Shown: positions 28,521 through 38,283, counted from the stretch's first letter. The stretch: 64,000 nucleotides of DNA from Candidatus Aldehydirespirator sp. (GCA_965204875.1 OZ242020.1:2475729-2539728); one strand, 5' to 3'. The notes: a model not told the origin generated them from the sequence alone. Numbers and translations are program-made.

Positions 28521-30164
28521 TTGATTACTGAGCACAACGGCAGCGCGGCGCAAGCGGCACCCTGGTGGGAGGGCGCGGTCGGCTACCAGATCTACGTGCG
28601 CTCCTTCGCTGACGCCAGCGGCGACGGCATGGGCGACCTGCGCGGCATCACCGAGCGCCTCGACTACTTGAGCTGGCTGGGGGTTGACGCCGTGTGGCTC
28701 ACTCCCTTCTACCCCTCGCCTGGTCACGACCACGGCTACGACGTGAGCGACTACTGCGACGTGGCGCCCGCCCACGGCAACCTCGACGACTTCGACCGCC
28801 TGATCGAGCGGGCCCACGCGCTCGGCCTGAAGGTGGTGGTCGACATCGTGCCCAACCACACGTCCATCGAGCACGAGTGGTTCGTCGAGGCCCGCCGGGG
28901 GCGCCACAGCCCGGGCCGGGACCGCTACGTGTGGGCGGACCCCGCTGCCGGCGGCGGCCCTCCCAACAACTGGATCAGCCACTTCGGCGGTCCGGCCTGG
29001 ACGCTGGACGAGGCGTCCGGTCAGTACTGGTGCCATCTCTTCCTTCCCGAGCAGCCCGATCTCAACTGGCGCGATGAGCGGGTGCGGGAGGACTTCGACC
29101 GGATCCTGCGCTGGTGGATCGAGCGCGGCGTCGACGGGTTCCGCATCGATGTCGCCGCCGGGCTGGTCAAGGATGCCGGACTGCGCGACAACCCCCAGAT
29201 CGCTCCGGTCAGCGCCGGCATGGACCCACGGGCGGCATTCGCAACCTTCGAGCACCGCCACGACATGGACCAGCCGGGAACCCTTGAGGTCTTCCGCCGC
29301 TGGCGGCGCATCTGCGAGCCCCATGACGTGATGCTGCTGGGCGAGGTCGGCCTCAGGGAGCCGGAACGCGTCGCTGCCTACGTGGCGCCGGGCGTGCTGA
29401 ACCGCACCTTCTTCCTGCCGATGTCGTGGATCGGCTGGGCGCCGGGCGACATTCTGGCGATGATCACCGAGATGCAGGCCGCCTCCGCGGACGGCGTGTC
29501 GTGGGTGTTGAGCAACCATGACCGCATGCGTGTGGCCGAGCGTTTCGGCGGGCCCGACGCTCCGGCGGAGGCAGGGGCGCTGCGGGCGCTGGCCGTCACG
29601 ACGCTGACGATGGGGCTGGGAGGCACCCCCTTCCTGTACCAGGGCGAGGAGCTGGGACTCAGCGACGGCGTCCTGGCCCCCGGAGGGCTGCAGGACCCTG
29701 TGTCGGTGCGCAATCCCGGCGCGGTGAGCGGGCGCGACGGCTGCCGCACGCCGATGCCCTGGGACGGCTCCGGCAACAACGGGTTCTCGGTAGCGGCGCC
29801 ATGGATCGAAGCCCTGCCTCGTCCCGATTCTGAGACCGTCGCCGGCCAGCGCGATGATCCCGGCGCCGTAGTGCACCGCTACCGCGAGCTGCTCGCCGTG
29901 CGACGGCACCATCGCGACCTGTGGCAGGCACCCGCCGAGTGGATCGACACGCCCGATCCGCTGGTGGCGGCGCTGCGCCGGGGCTCTACCGTCGTCGTCG
30001 CCAACCTGGCCCCCGAACCGGCCGCCGTCGGCCTCGGACTCGGCTCCGGCGGCTGGGAGGTCGCCTTTGCCAGCCGGGAAGGTTGCCGCCTCGAGGGCCC
30101 GTCCGGTGACACCGTGTCGCTGCCGGCCGAGTCTGCCGCCATCGTGACCGCACGCCGGCCCTAG
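28521..30164 (+). CDS. GH13 alpha-glucosidase / oligo-1,6-glucosidase
   Basis: WWEGAVGYQIYVRSFADASGDGMGDLRGI...DAVWLTPFYPSP...GFRIDVA...GEV are GH13 conserved regions. TTG start. Confidence 0.9.
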   Translation: MITEHNGSAAQAAPWWEGAVGYQIYVRSFADASGDGMGDLRGITERLDYLSWLGVDAVWLTPFYPSPGHDHGYDVSDYCDVAPAHGNLDDFDRLIERAHALGLKVVVDIVPNHTSIEHEWFVEARRGRHSPGRDRYVWADPAAGGGPPNNWISHFGGPAWTLDEASGQYWCHLFLPEQPDLNWRDERVREDFDRILRWWIERGVDGFRIDVAAGLVKDAGLRDNPQIAPVSAGMDPRAAFATFEHRHDMDQPGTLEVFRRWRRICEPHDVMLLGEVGLREPERVAAYVAPGVLNRTFFLPMSWIGWAPGDILAMITEMQAASADGVSWVLSNHDRMRVAERFGGPDAPAEAGALRALAVTTLTMGLGGTPFLYQGEELGLSDGVLAPGGLQDPVSVRNPGAVSGRDGCRTPMPWDGSGNNGFSVAAPWIEALPRPDSETVAGQRDDPGAVVHRYRELLAVRRHHRDLWQAPAEWIDTPDPLVAALRRGSTVVVANLAPEPAAVGLGLGSGGWEVAFASREGCRLEGPSGDTVSLPAESAAIVTARRP

Positions 30165-30355
30165 CGCAGCGGCGAGCCGCGAGCCGCGGCCGGGCTGCCA
30201 GCAGACGGACACGGCGAGGCAGGCAGTATCAGCACTGCGGCCGGGGTTGCCGGCGAACGGACACAGCGAAGCGGAAGCACTAGCGCAGCGGCGAACCGCG
30301 AGCCGCGGCTGCTGGCAGGGAAGTGAGCAGTCGCAGGCAGGGAGAGGTTTGCCGA

Positions 30356-31369
30356 ATGGTGCAGCGCCGGCCGACCATAAACGACATCGCATCAGCGGCC
30401 GGGGTCTCGGTCGCCACGGTGAGCAGGGCGCTGCGGGACCTGCCCAACGTCGCCCCGGCGACCCGCGACAGGGTCGCTCAGGTCGCGGCAGAACTCCGCT
30501 ACGAGGTCAACCCGCAGGCCTCCCGCCTCGCCTCGGGCCGGGCTTGGACCATCGGCGTGGTGGCCCCGCTGTTCGGCACCTGGTTCCCCTCCCGTGCTCT
30601 CGGCGGGATTAACTCGGTCGTCGTGAAGGCGGGCTACGACCTGCTCATCTCCATGATGGCCGCCCCCGAGGACCGGCATCGCTTCCTCGAGAGCGCCAGT
30701 TCCTTCTGCCGCCGCGTCGACGGGATAGTCCTCATCGACACTTTCGTCAGCGCTCAGCAGGACACTGCACGCGCCGCCTTCGACCGGCCTCTGGTGGCGG
30801 TCGGCGAGCGGCTCGAAGGTGCTGCCTCGATCGCCATCGACAACCGGCGAGCCGCCTGCCGCGCCGTCGAGCACCTGATCGGGCTCGGGCACAGCCGCAT
30901 CGGCCTGATAGCCGGTGACGAGCTCGAGGACCCGCCGTCGCCGGTAGCGCGCCAGCGCAGGCTCGGCTACGGCGACGCCCTGAGGGGTGCGGGAATCGCC
31001 GTGCGGCCGGAACTCACGGTCAGCACCGACTGGTCGGCCACGGGCGGCGCCAGGGCGATGTCGGAGCTGCTCGGCGGCGCCCGTGCGCCCACGGCGGTCT
31101 TCTGCATGTCCGACGAGATGGCCTTCGGTGCGCTTCAGACTGCCCGAGACGCCGGCCAGCGGGTGCCCGGTGACCTGTCCGTCATCGGCTTCGACGACCA
31201 CGAGCTCTCCGGCGCGCTCGGGCTGACGACAATGCGGCAGGCGGTGAACGAGATGGGCGTGCGCGCCGCGCGCACCCTGCTGGGTCTGATCGACGGCAGC
31301 GAGCCCGTGGCCGACATCACCTGGGAGGTGCCACTGATGGTGCGGAGCACGACCGCGCCCGCAGGTTGA
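30356..31369 (+). CDS. LacI-family transcriptional regulator
   Basis: MVQRRPTINDIASAAGVSVATVSRALRD is a helix-turn-helix, followed by a periplasmic-binding-like effector domain. Confidence 0.9.
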   Translation: MVQRRPTINDIASAAGVSVATVSRALRDLPNVAPATRDRVAQVAAELRYEVNPQASRLASGRAWTIGVVAPLFGTWFPSRALGGINSVVVKAGYDLLISMMAAPEDRHRFLESASSFCRRVDGIVLIDTFVSAQQDTARAAFDRPLVAVGERLEGAASIAIDNRRAACRAVEHLIGLGHSRIGLIAGDELEDPPSPVARQRRLGYGDALRGAGIAVRPELTVSTDWSATGGARAMSELLGGARAPTAVFCMSDEMAFGALQTARDAGQRVPGDLSVIGFDDHELSGALGLTTMRQAVNEMGVRAARTLLGLIDGSEPVADITWEVPLMVRSTTAPAG

Positions 31370-31495
31370 CGCCGCAGGGTTGCCGCCGGCAGGTAGCGCG
31401 CTGGCAGGTGGCCGCCGGCAGGTTGTCCAGGTTGCCGGGTGCAGGTTGATGACGGCAGGTTGATACCGTGCCTCGGAGCCGGTAATGTCCGGCGC

Positions 31496-31509
31496 TGTAA
31501 ACGCTTACA
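31496..31509. promoter_or_regulatory. LacI-family operator candidate TGTAAACGCTTACA
   Basis: A near-palindrome 17 nt upstream of the SBP start codon. It shares the consensus TGWAARCGYTTRCA with the site at 28474. Confidence 0.55.
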
Positions 31510-31525
31510 TCCCTGGGAGGGAAAC

Positions 31526-33040
31526 ATGAGGAAACATTCACGCCTGTGGCTCGTTCTCGGAGCGCTGCTGTCGTTCAGCCTGGTTGCCGCGGCCTGCGGC
31601 GACGACGATGACGACACGCCGGCTGCCCCGACCACGACGGCGGCCCCCGCCATGGCCGATGACGGCATGGACGACGACATGGCCGATGGCGGCATGGGCG
31701 ACGAAGACATGCACGAGCACGAAGACGGCGAGATGCACGACCACGACGACGAGGACATGCACGAGCACGAAGACGGCGAGATGCACGACGACGAAGAGAT
31801 GCACGACGACGATGGCATGTCCGACGGCGAGATGGGCATGGACCTCAGCGGCACGACCGTTGAGATCCTCGGCCCCGAGACCGGCGAGGAGGGCGAGGGG
31901 TTCCTCGCCGCCTTCGCGCCGTTCGAGGAGCGCACCGGCATCGACGTGCAGTACACCGGCACCCGCGATGCCACCACCGAGCTGAACCTGGCCCTCGAGG
32001 CCGGCGAGCCGCCCGACATCGTGGTCATCCCGCAGCCGGGCCGGATCGTGCAGTACGGCAACGAGGGCGCCGCGGTAGCCATCCCGCAGTCGATTCTCGA
32101 CAACATCGCAGGTTCCTACGACCCGTTCTGGTTCGACCTCGCGTCAGCGGGCGGCAGCGTGTACGGCGTGCCGAACAAGGGCGACGTCAAGAGCCTCGTC
32201 TGGTACAGCCCGCAGGTCTTCGCCGACAACGGCTACGAGATCCCGCAGACCTGGGCAGAGCTCGAGGCCCTGATGGAGCAGATCAAGGCCAACGGCCAGG
32301 TTCCGTGGTGCGTCGGCATCGAGTCCGGCGACGCCACCGGCTGGGTCTTCACCGACTGGATGGAGGACATGATGCTGCGCCTCCACGGCCCCGACGTCTA
32401 TGACCAGTGGGTCTCCAACGAGATCCCCTTCGACGACCCCCGTGTCATCGAGGTCGCGGAGTACATCGGCGGGCTGTGGTTCGCTGAGGGCAACGTGCTC
32501 GGAGGCCGCGACCTGATCGCCGCCACCGGCTTCAGGGAGGCCGCGCTGCCGCTGGCCGACGGCGAGTGCGTGCTGCACCGCCAGGCCAACTTCGCCGGCG
32601 CCTTCTTCACCGAGATCGGCGCCGAGCTCGGCCCCGACGGCGACGTCAACGTGTTCTACCTGCCGACCGTCTCTGACGAGTTCGGCCGGGTGGTGCTCGG
32701 TGCGGGCACGCACGCGGTGGCCTTCACCGACAAGCCCGAGACCCTCGCCGTGCTCGAGTACATCGGCACCGCCGAGTACGCCAACACCCGGCTAACGGCC
32801 GGCAAGGGCGGCTTCCTGTCCCCCAACCGCGATCACGACACGTCCCTGTACGAGTCGGACTTCGACCGCGGCCTCGCCGAGATCCTCGTCAGCGCCGACC
32901 CGTTCCGCTTCGATGCCTCCGACCTGATGCCGGGCGAGGTCGGCGCCGGTGAGTTCTGGCGCTCGGCCACCGACTACGTGTCGGGTGCCAAGACGGCCGA
33001 GGAGTTCGCCGAGGACACCCAGGACGCCTGGCCCTCCTGA
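31526..33040 (+). CDS. Alpha-glucoside-type ABC substrate-binding lipoprotein with Met/His/Asp/Glu-rich N-terminal insert
   Basis: SD GGGAGGG. The signal plus lipobox is LSFSLVAAAC. An ~85-aa acidic Met/His-rich segment follows, then a family-1 sugar SBP body (AglE-like). It is co-located with the glucosidase, LacI and two permeases. Confidence 0.85.
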   Translation: MRKHSRLWLVLGALLSFSLVAAACGDDDDDTPAAPTTTAAPAMADDGMDDDMADGGMGDEDMHEHEDGEMHDHDDEDMHEHEDGEMHDDEEMHDDDGMSDGEMGMDLSGTTVEILGPETGEEGEGFLAAFAPFEERTGIDVQYTGTRDATTELNLALEAGEPPDIVVIPQPGRIVQYGNEGAAVAIPQSILDNIAGSYDPFWFDLASAGGSVYGVPNKGDVKSLVWYSPQVFADNGYEIPQTWAELEALMEQIKANGQVPWCVGIESGDATGWVFTDWMEDMMLRLHGPDVYDQWVSNEIPFDDPRVIEVAEYIGGLWFAEGNVLGGRDLIAATGFREAALPLADGECVLHRQANFAGAFFTEIGAELGPDGDVNVFYLPTVSDEFGRVVLGAGTHAVAFTDKPETLAVLEYIGTAEYANTRLTAGKGGFLSPNRDHDTSLYESDFDRGLAEILVSADPFRFDASDLMPGEVGAGEFWRSATDYVSGAKTAEEFAEDTQDAWPS

Positions 33041-33089
33041 GCCCGGGCCCGCAGGCCACCAGGCCACTAGGCCGGCAACAACAGCGAGA

Positions 33090-33120
33090 GTGCGTGGGGC
33101 GCGACCGGTGCCCCACGCAC
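33090..33120 (+). terminator. Strong hairpin after the SBP gene (terminator or mRNA stabiliser)
   Basis: GTGCGTGGGGC-GCGACCGGT-GCCCCACGCAC, a perfect 11-bp stem, followed by CGCTGTTTG. Confidence 0.55.
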
Positions 33121-33384
33121 CGCTGTTTGCGGCCCCCGCCGTGCGTCTCTGGGCACAGGGGCATGACTCGGGTACCGGCAGAGTGCTCCAACGCACCGCT
33201 GCCGCCGGGCTAATGTCACGGCGGATATCGCTCGAGTGGGCGTCGCGACCGGCAAGGCCGCAGTGCCCGCTCACCAGAGACCTCCGGGAATCTGTGAGAC
33301 CCGGAATCTTCTGTGGGCCCCGGGATCCGCGGAGACCCGGGATCCTCAGGAACCGAGATCTAGGAAACTGAGAGGCTGAGGCCG

Positions 33385-35007
33385 GTGGACCAGATCATCA
33401 CCATGATCGTCACGGTGGTGCTGTCCCTGGCCGCGGCCGCGGCGGTGTTCATCGGCGCCAGCCGCGCCGTCGACCAGACCGTGCCGCGCTGGCCGGCCTT
33501 CACGGCCGTGATCGGCGCCGCCGCCGGTGCCGTGGTCGGGGCCGCGGTGCAGCACAACGGCTGGCTTCCCGCCGGACCGGCGCTGGCGGGGCCCCTCAAG
33601 GCCGGCTGGCTGGTGATCGCAGCGGCCACGATCGCGGGCGCGGCTGCCGGAGCCGGCGCCGGGCGTCTGCTGATCCCGAGCCGCGAGAGCCGCAGCGCCT
33701 GGGAGGGCAGGCTGCGACCCTGGGTGTTCGTGGGGCCCGCGCTGGCCTTCGTCACGCTCGGGCTCGTGATCCCGGGCCTGCGCACCGTCTTCCTGTCGCT
33801 CAAGAACGGCCCCAGGGGCCGGCAGGCCGGCTTCACGCTCGAGCACTACACCGACATCTTCACCGACGACGAGTACTTCACCTTTGACGGCTGGGCGCAG
33901 ATCTTCACCAGCCGCCTCTTCATCGCCGGCCTCGCCGCGGTCGTGGTGGCGGGACTCGTGGCCTGGGCCAGCGCGGCGCGCATCGTCGGCGGCGACCGGC
34001 AGGCCCGCTCGGCCGGGCGCCTCCTGCGGATCCTGGGGATCGCCGCCGCGGTCCTCGCCGTGGCGCCCGCCGCCGCCTTCGCCGAGTCGCTGGCGCGCGA
34101 CCCCAACCGCTCGGCCATCATGGACGTGCTCACGGTCGTCTTCTCCAGCCGGCTCACCCTCACCGTCGTGGTGCTGGCGGCCGCGGGCCTTCTGGGCGTC
34201 TGGATGATGGCTCGCAGCGGGCGCCACCGACTCGAGCTCGACTGGGGCACGCCGGGATCGTCGACGATGCTGGTGCTGGGGGCGATCCTGCTGGTGTTCG
34301 GCGCGCTGTCGACGCTTCAGGCCGTCGTGTGGAACAACATCTGGTGGGTGGTCACGGTGGCGGGCCTGTCCACCGTGGCCGGGCTGCTGCTCGCCGTCCT
34401 CGCTGAGCGAGCGCGCGGCGAGAGGCTCGCCAAGACGCTGATCTTCATGCCCATGGCCATCTCGATGGTCGGAGCCGCGGTGATCTGGGACTTCATGTAC
34501 GAGGTCCAGGCGACGGGCAACCAGACAGGGCTGTTCAACGCCGTGCTCCAGGGCCTCGGGTTCTCGAGCCGCGGCTTCTTCATCAACTCCTCGATGATTC
34601 CCTGGAACAACTTCTGGATCATGATCATCATGGTCTGGATCCAGACGGGGTTCGCCATGGTCGTGCTGTCCGCGGCCATCAGAGCGGTTCCCGAAGAGCT
34701 GCTCGAGGCCGCCCGCGTGGACGGCGCCGGCGAGGCACAGACCTTCTGGCGGGTCGTGATACCGCAGATCCGCCCCACGATCATCGTGGTGGTCACCACC
34801 CTGATCGTCATCGTGACGAAGGTCTTCGACCTAGTCAAGGCCACGACCAACGGAGCCAACCGCACCAACGTCCTCGCCAACGAGATGTTCGACCAGCTGC
34901 GCGACCGCAACTTCACCTCCAGCAGCGCCTTCGCCGTGGTGCTGCTGGCTCTGGTGCTGCCTGTGATGATCTTCAACATCCGCCGGCTCCAGAGGGAGCT
35001 GGCATGA
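33385..35007 (+). CDS. Sugar ABC transporter permease (MalF-like, extended N-terminus)
   Basis: EAARVDGAGEAQTFWRVVIPQIRP is an EAA-loop motif, with multiple TM segments. Confidence 0.85.
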   Translation: MDQIITMIVTVVLSLAAAAAVFIGASRAVDQTVPRWPAFTAVIGAAAGAVVGAAVQHNGWLPAGPALAGPLKAGWLVIAAATIAGAAAGAGAGRLLIPSRESRSAWEGRLRPWVFVGPALAFVTLGLVIPGLRTVFLSLKNGPRGRQAGFTLEHYTDIFTDDEYFTFDGWAQIFTSRLFIAGLAAVVVAGLVAWASAARIVGGDRQARSAGRLLRILGIAAAVLAVAPAAAFAESLARDPNRSAIMDVLTVVFSSRLTLTVVVLAAAGLLGVWMMARSGRHRLELDWGTPGSSTMLVLGAILLVFGALSTLQAVVWNNIWWVVTVAGLSTVAGLLLAVLAERARGERLAKTLIFMPMAISMVGAAVIWDFMYEVQATGNQTGLFNAVLQGLGFSSRGFFINSSMIPWNNFWIMIIMVWIQTGFAMVVLSAAIRAVPEELLEAARVDGAGEAQTFWRVVIPQIRPTIIVVVTTLIVIVTKVFDLVKATTNGANRTNVLANEMFDQLRDRNFTSSSAFAVVLLALVLPVMIFNIRRLQRELA

Positions 35008-35954
35008 GCGCCGCGCCGGCCGTTCCCGCACCGGCCCTGCCCGCTCCGGCGGGCCGGCGGATGCGCCAGCTGCTCGGGGCGGTGCCGACCTGGGTCATGT
35101 GGCTGGTGGTCGTGCTGTGGACGGTGCCCACCATCGGCCTCTTCGTGTCGTCCTTCCGCAAGGTCGAGGACATCAACGACTCGGGCTGGTGGACCGCCTG
35201 GGGCGACCTCGACAACCTGACCCTGCAGAACTACCGGGACATCTTCCGCGAGACGGCCGCGCAGCCCTCCATGTGGGAGTTCGCGCTCAACTCGATGGCC
35301 ATAGTGGTGCCGGCCACCGTCGTTCCCGTAGCCGTGGCCGCCTTCGCCGCCTACGGGTTCGCCTGGATGGAGTTCCGGGGCCGCAACTGGCTGTTCATCG
35401 GGCTGGTCACGATGATCGCGCTGCCCAACCAGATGGCCTTCGTGCCCCTGCTGCAACTCTTCAACAACGGTGCCCGCCTGACCGTCCCCGGGCTGGACTG
35501 GACCCTGGTGCTGGTGCCCGACTTCGGCCTGGCCAACACGGCCGCCGCGGTCTGGCTCACCCACACGGCCTTCGGGCTGCCCCTCGCCGTGCTGCTGCTG
35601 CACAACTTCGTTAGCCAGCTGCCGCGGGAGATCTTCGAGGCGGCCCGCATCGACGGCGCCAGCCACTTCACGGTGTTCTGGCGCCTGGTGCTGCCGCTGG
35701 CCCGCCCCGCGCTGGCCGCGTTCGCGGTGTTCCAGTTCCTGTGGACATGGAACGACTACCTGATCGCCGCCGTGCTGCTCACAGACAACGAGCCCATGAC
35801 GGTGGCGCTCGTCAACCTCGTGGGGGAGCGGGGATCGAACTTCCAGCTGCGGTTCGCGTCCGCCTTCGTGATCATGGTGATCCCGCTGATCGTGTTCTTC
35901 GCGCTCCAGCGCCACTTCGTGCGGGGCCTGCTCGCCGGCTCCGTCAAGGGGTGA
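35004..35954 (+). CDS. Sugar ABC transporter permease (MalG-like)
   Basis: EAARIDGASHFTVFWRLVLPLARP is an EAA loop. 4-nt overlap with the upstream permease. Confidence 0.9.
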   Translation: MSAAPAVPAPALPAPAGRRMRQLLGAVPTWVMWLVVVLWTVPTIGLFVSSFRKVEDINDSGWWTAWGDLDNLTLQNYRDIFRETAAQPSMWEFALNSMAIVVPATVVPVAVAAFAAYGFAWMEFRGRNWLFIGLVTMIALPNQMAFVPLLQLFNNGARLTVPGLDWTLVLVPDFGLANTAAAVWLTHTAFGLPLAVLLLHNFVSQLPREIFEAARIDGASHFTVFWRLVLPLARPALAAFAVFQFLWTWNDYLIAAVLLTDNEPMTVALVNLVGERGSNFQLRFASAFVIMVIPLIVFFALQRHFVRGLLAGSVKG

Positions 35955-36071
35955 ACGCTCGGCGGCTTTCCCACGGGGCGGCGGGCGGAACGACGGTGCT
36001 GTCTCCCTAGAGCACCTCCGCCAGGCGACACATCGGGGCTCGCTGGGTCCGAAGCCGTTGTCGCGCCGTTG

Positions 36072-37169
36072 CTAGAGCACCTCAGCCAGGCGAACCGGTG
36101 CCCCGGTGACGATCGAGCGGTGCCCGGCCTCGCCCATGGCCACCGCCTTCAGTCCCGCCGACAGGCTGGCCTGCGACGAGGCTCGGCGGCCGGCTGCGTC
36201 CAGGGTGCCGGCAGCCTGCAGGAAGCGCTCGTGCTCGATGTAGCTGGAGCCGTGGTGGAGCCCCTCGTAGGCGGCGGTGCTGGAGACGCGCACGCTGGCG
36301 ACGTTGCCGATGCCGTGGGTGCCCCGGAGCCCGGTGCGCACCGTTCCCTCGGGCACGAGCGCCTCGACCTTGCCCGCGTCGCCCATCACGGCGAACTCCT
36401 GCTGGTTGTGGGTGGCCTCGGCGAACATGCACAGGTCCAGCCCGGCGCGGGCGCCGTCGTCGTAGTCGACCACCACGTAGGCGCTGTCGATGATGTCTGG
36501 CGTCCGGCCCCCGTAGCGCTCGTGCAGGTGGTTGACCATCTGGCTTCCCGAGGCGAAGACACGCTCCGGCTCACCCGGCATCACCTGGTTCATGAGGTCG
36601 AAGAAGTGGCAGCACTTCTCCACCAGGGTTCCGCCGGTGTTCTCGGCGAACCGGTTCCAGGCGGCGACCTTGTCGAGGAACGGGAACCGGTGCTCGCGCA
36701 GCGACGCCATCCGCACCCTGCCGACCGTGCCGGCGCGCACCTCGGAGATGAGGCGGGCGAACGGGGCCATGAAGCGGTACTCGAGGCCGACCCAGACGAG
36801 CCCGCCGTGGTCGGCGGCGCGCTCGATCACCCGGCGACAGTCGGCGACGCTGGTGCAAAGGGGCTTCTCCACCAGCACGTGGAGCTCGCAGCCGAGCACG
36901 TCGTGCAGCACCCCGGCATGGCTCGAGTTGGGGGTGGCGATGACCACCGCGTCGCAGAGTCCCGAGGCGAGCAGGTCGCGATGGTCCTCGAAGCGCGCCG
37001 CGGCCGGCGCCAGCGCCGCAGCAGCGGACAGCGAGGCCGGATGGGGGTCGGCCAGCGCCGTCACGCAGGCACCTTCCAGGTGCGAGATGTTGGCGACGTG
37101 CTCGCGGCCCATCATGCCGGTGCCGATCACGCCGTAGCGCAGCCCCGAGCCGCTCGACGGTCCTGACAT
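36072..37169 (-). CDS. Gfo/Idh/MocA-family oxidoreductase
   Basis: LRYGVIGTGMMGREH is a Rossmann N-terminus, with an EKP motif (LVEKPLC). ATG 37169 is preferred over the 573-aa track ORF. Confidence 0.85.
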   Translation of the reverse strand: MSGPSSGSGLRYGVIGTGMMGREHVANISHLEGACVTALADPHPASLSAAAALAPAAARFEDHRDLLASGLCDAVVIATPNSSHAGVLHDVLGCELHVLVEKPLCTSVADCRRVIERAADHGGLVWVGLEYRFMAPFARLISEVRAGTVGRVRMASLREHRFPFLDKVAAWNRFAENTGGTLVEKCCHFFDLMNQVMPGEPERVFASGSQMVNHLHERYGGRTPDIIDSAYVVVDYDDGARAGLDLCMFAEATHNQQEFAVMGDAGKVEALVPEGTVRTGLRGTHGIGNVASVRVSSTAAYEGLHHGSSYIEHERFLQAAGTLDAAGRRASSQASLSAGLKAVAMGEAGHRSIVTGAPVRLAEVL

Positions 37170-37289
37170 CGGCGTGAACGCCGGTGCGGGATCGTCCACC
37201 CGCACCGGGTTGTGAGTTCGCATGTTCAACGGTCTCTCGGATTCGCAGACACGGTGCTCGCCGAACCGGCTCGCAGGTAGGTTGGCGCG

Positions 37290-38213
37290 GTGCGGACCGG
37301 ACTCATCGACCCCAATCGTCGCCCGCTGGGAGCGAACTTCCAAGTGGGCCCGCTGGGCTTCGGCTGCTGGCGCTTCGTCGCCCGGCCCGACCACGAGCTG
37401 CAGGCGATACTTGAGACCGCCCTGGACCTCGGCATGAACCTCGTCGACACCGCCGACGTCTACGGGCTCGACTGGGGCGGGCAGACCTTCGGCGAGGCCG
37501 AGGAGAACCTGGGCCGGGTGCTCGCCGCCGCGCCGCAGCTGCGTGACCGGATGGTGCTGGCCACCAAGGGCGGCATCGTTCCCGGAGTTCCCTACGACAC
37601 CGGCAGGCAGGCCATCACCGCCGCCTGCGAGGCCTCGCTGCGGCGGCTGCGCACCGACGTGATCGACCTGTACCAGATCCACAGGCCCGACATGCTCACC
37701 CACCCGGCCGAGCTGGCCGAGGCCTTGAGCGACCTGCGCGAGGCGGGCAAGATCCGCGAGGCCGGCGTCTCCAACTTCACACCGAGCCAGCACGCGGTCC
37801 TCGCCTCGTTCCTACCGTTCCCGCTGGCCGGCAGCCAGCCCGAGTACTCCGCGGCGCACCTCGACCCGCTGCGCGACGGCACGTTCGACCTTTGCATGCG
37901 CGACGGCGTGCTGCCGCTGGCCTGGAGCCCGCTGGGCGGGGGCCGCCTGGCCGGCGGCCGGGTGTCCGGCGGCTCGCTGCCGGTGCGCGCCGAGCTGCTT
38001 GAGACGCTGGACCGCCTCGCCGGGCGCGAGGGGGTGGATCGGGCCACGCTCGCCGTCGCCTTCGTGCTGGCGCACCCGGCGAGGCCGGTGGCGCTGCTCG
38101 GCACCCAGCGTCCCGAGCGGCTCCAGAGCCTGGCCCGCGCCACCGGCGTTCACCTCGACCGCAGCGATGTGTACGACCTGATCGAGGCCTCCGAAGGCAC
38201 CCCGCTGCCATGA
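37290..38213 (+). CDS. Aldo/keto reductase
   Basis: GFGCWRF...LVDTADVYG...LYQIHRPD...GVSNF motifs. Confidence 0.85.
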   Translation: MRTGLIDPNRRPLGANFQVGPLGFGCWRFVARPDHELQAILETALDLGMNLVDTADVYGLDWGGQTFGEAEENLGRVLAAAPQLRDRMVLATKGGIVPGVPYDTGRQAITAACEASLRRLRTDVIDLYQIHRPDMLTHPAELAEALSDLREAGKIREAGVSNFTPSQHAVLASFLPFPLAGSQPEYSAAHLDPLRDGTFDLCMRDGVLPLAWSPLGGGRLAGGRVSGGSLPVRAELLETLDRLAGREGVDRATLAVAFVLAHPARPVALLGTQRPERLQSLARATGVHLDRSDVYDLIEASEGTPLP

Positions 38214-38283
38214 TTCGGGGCGCGCACCTCATGCCGGCCGGCGCAGCCCGGCACGGCTCTGGCACCGCCGGCTGCCGGCTGCC

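Noticed and set aside
28470-30392. 640-aa minus-strand ORF, and similar long shadows at 34317..35915, 46699..48465, 53761..55389, 56310..57833 and 58115..59551
   Set aside because: Each is antisense or out of frame relative to a well-supported gene (glucosidase, permeases, aroC/mtr, thiolase, fabF, fabH). None has motifs of its own.
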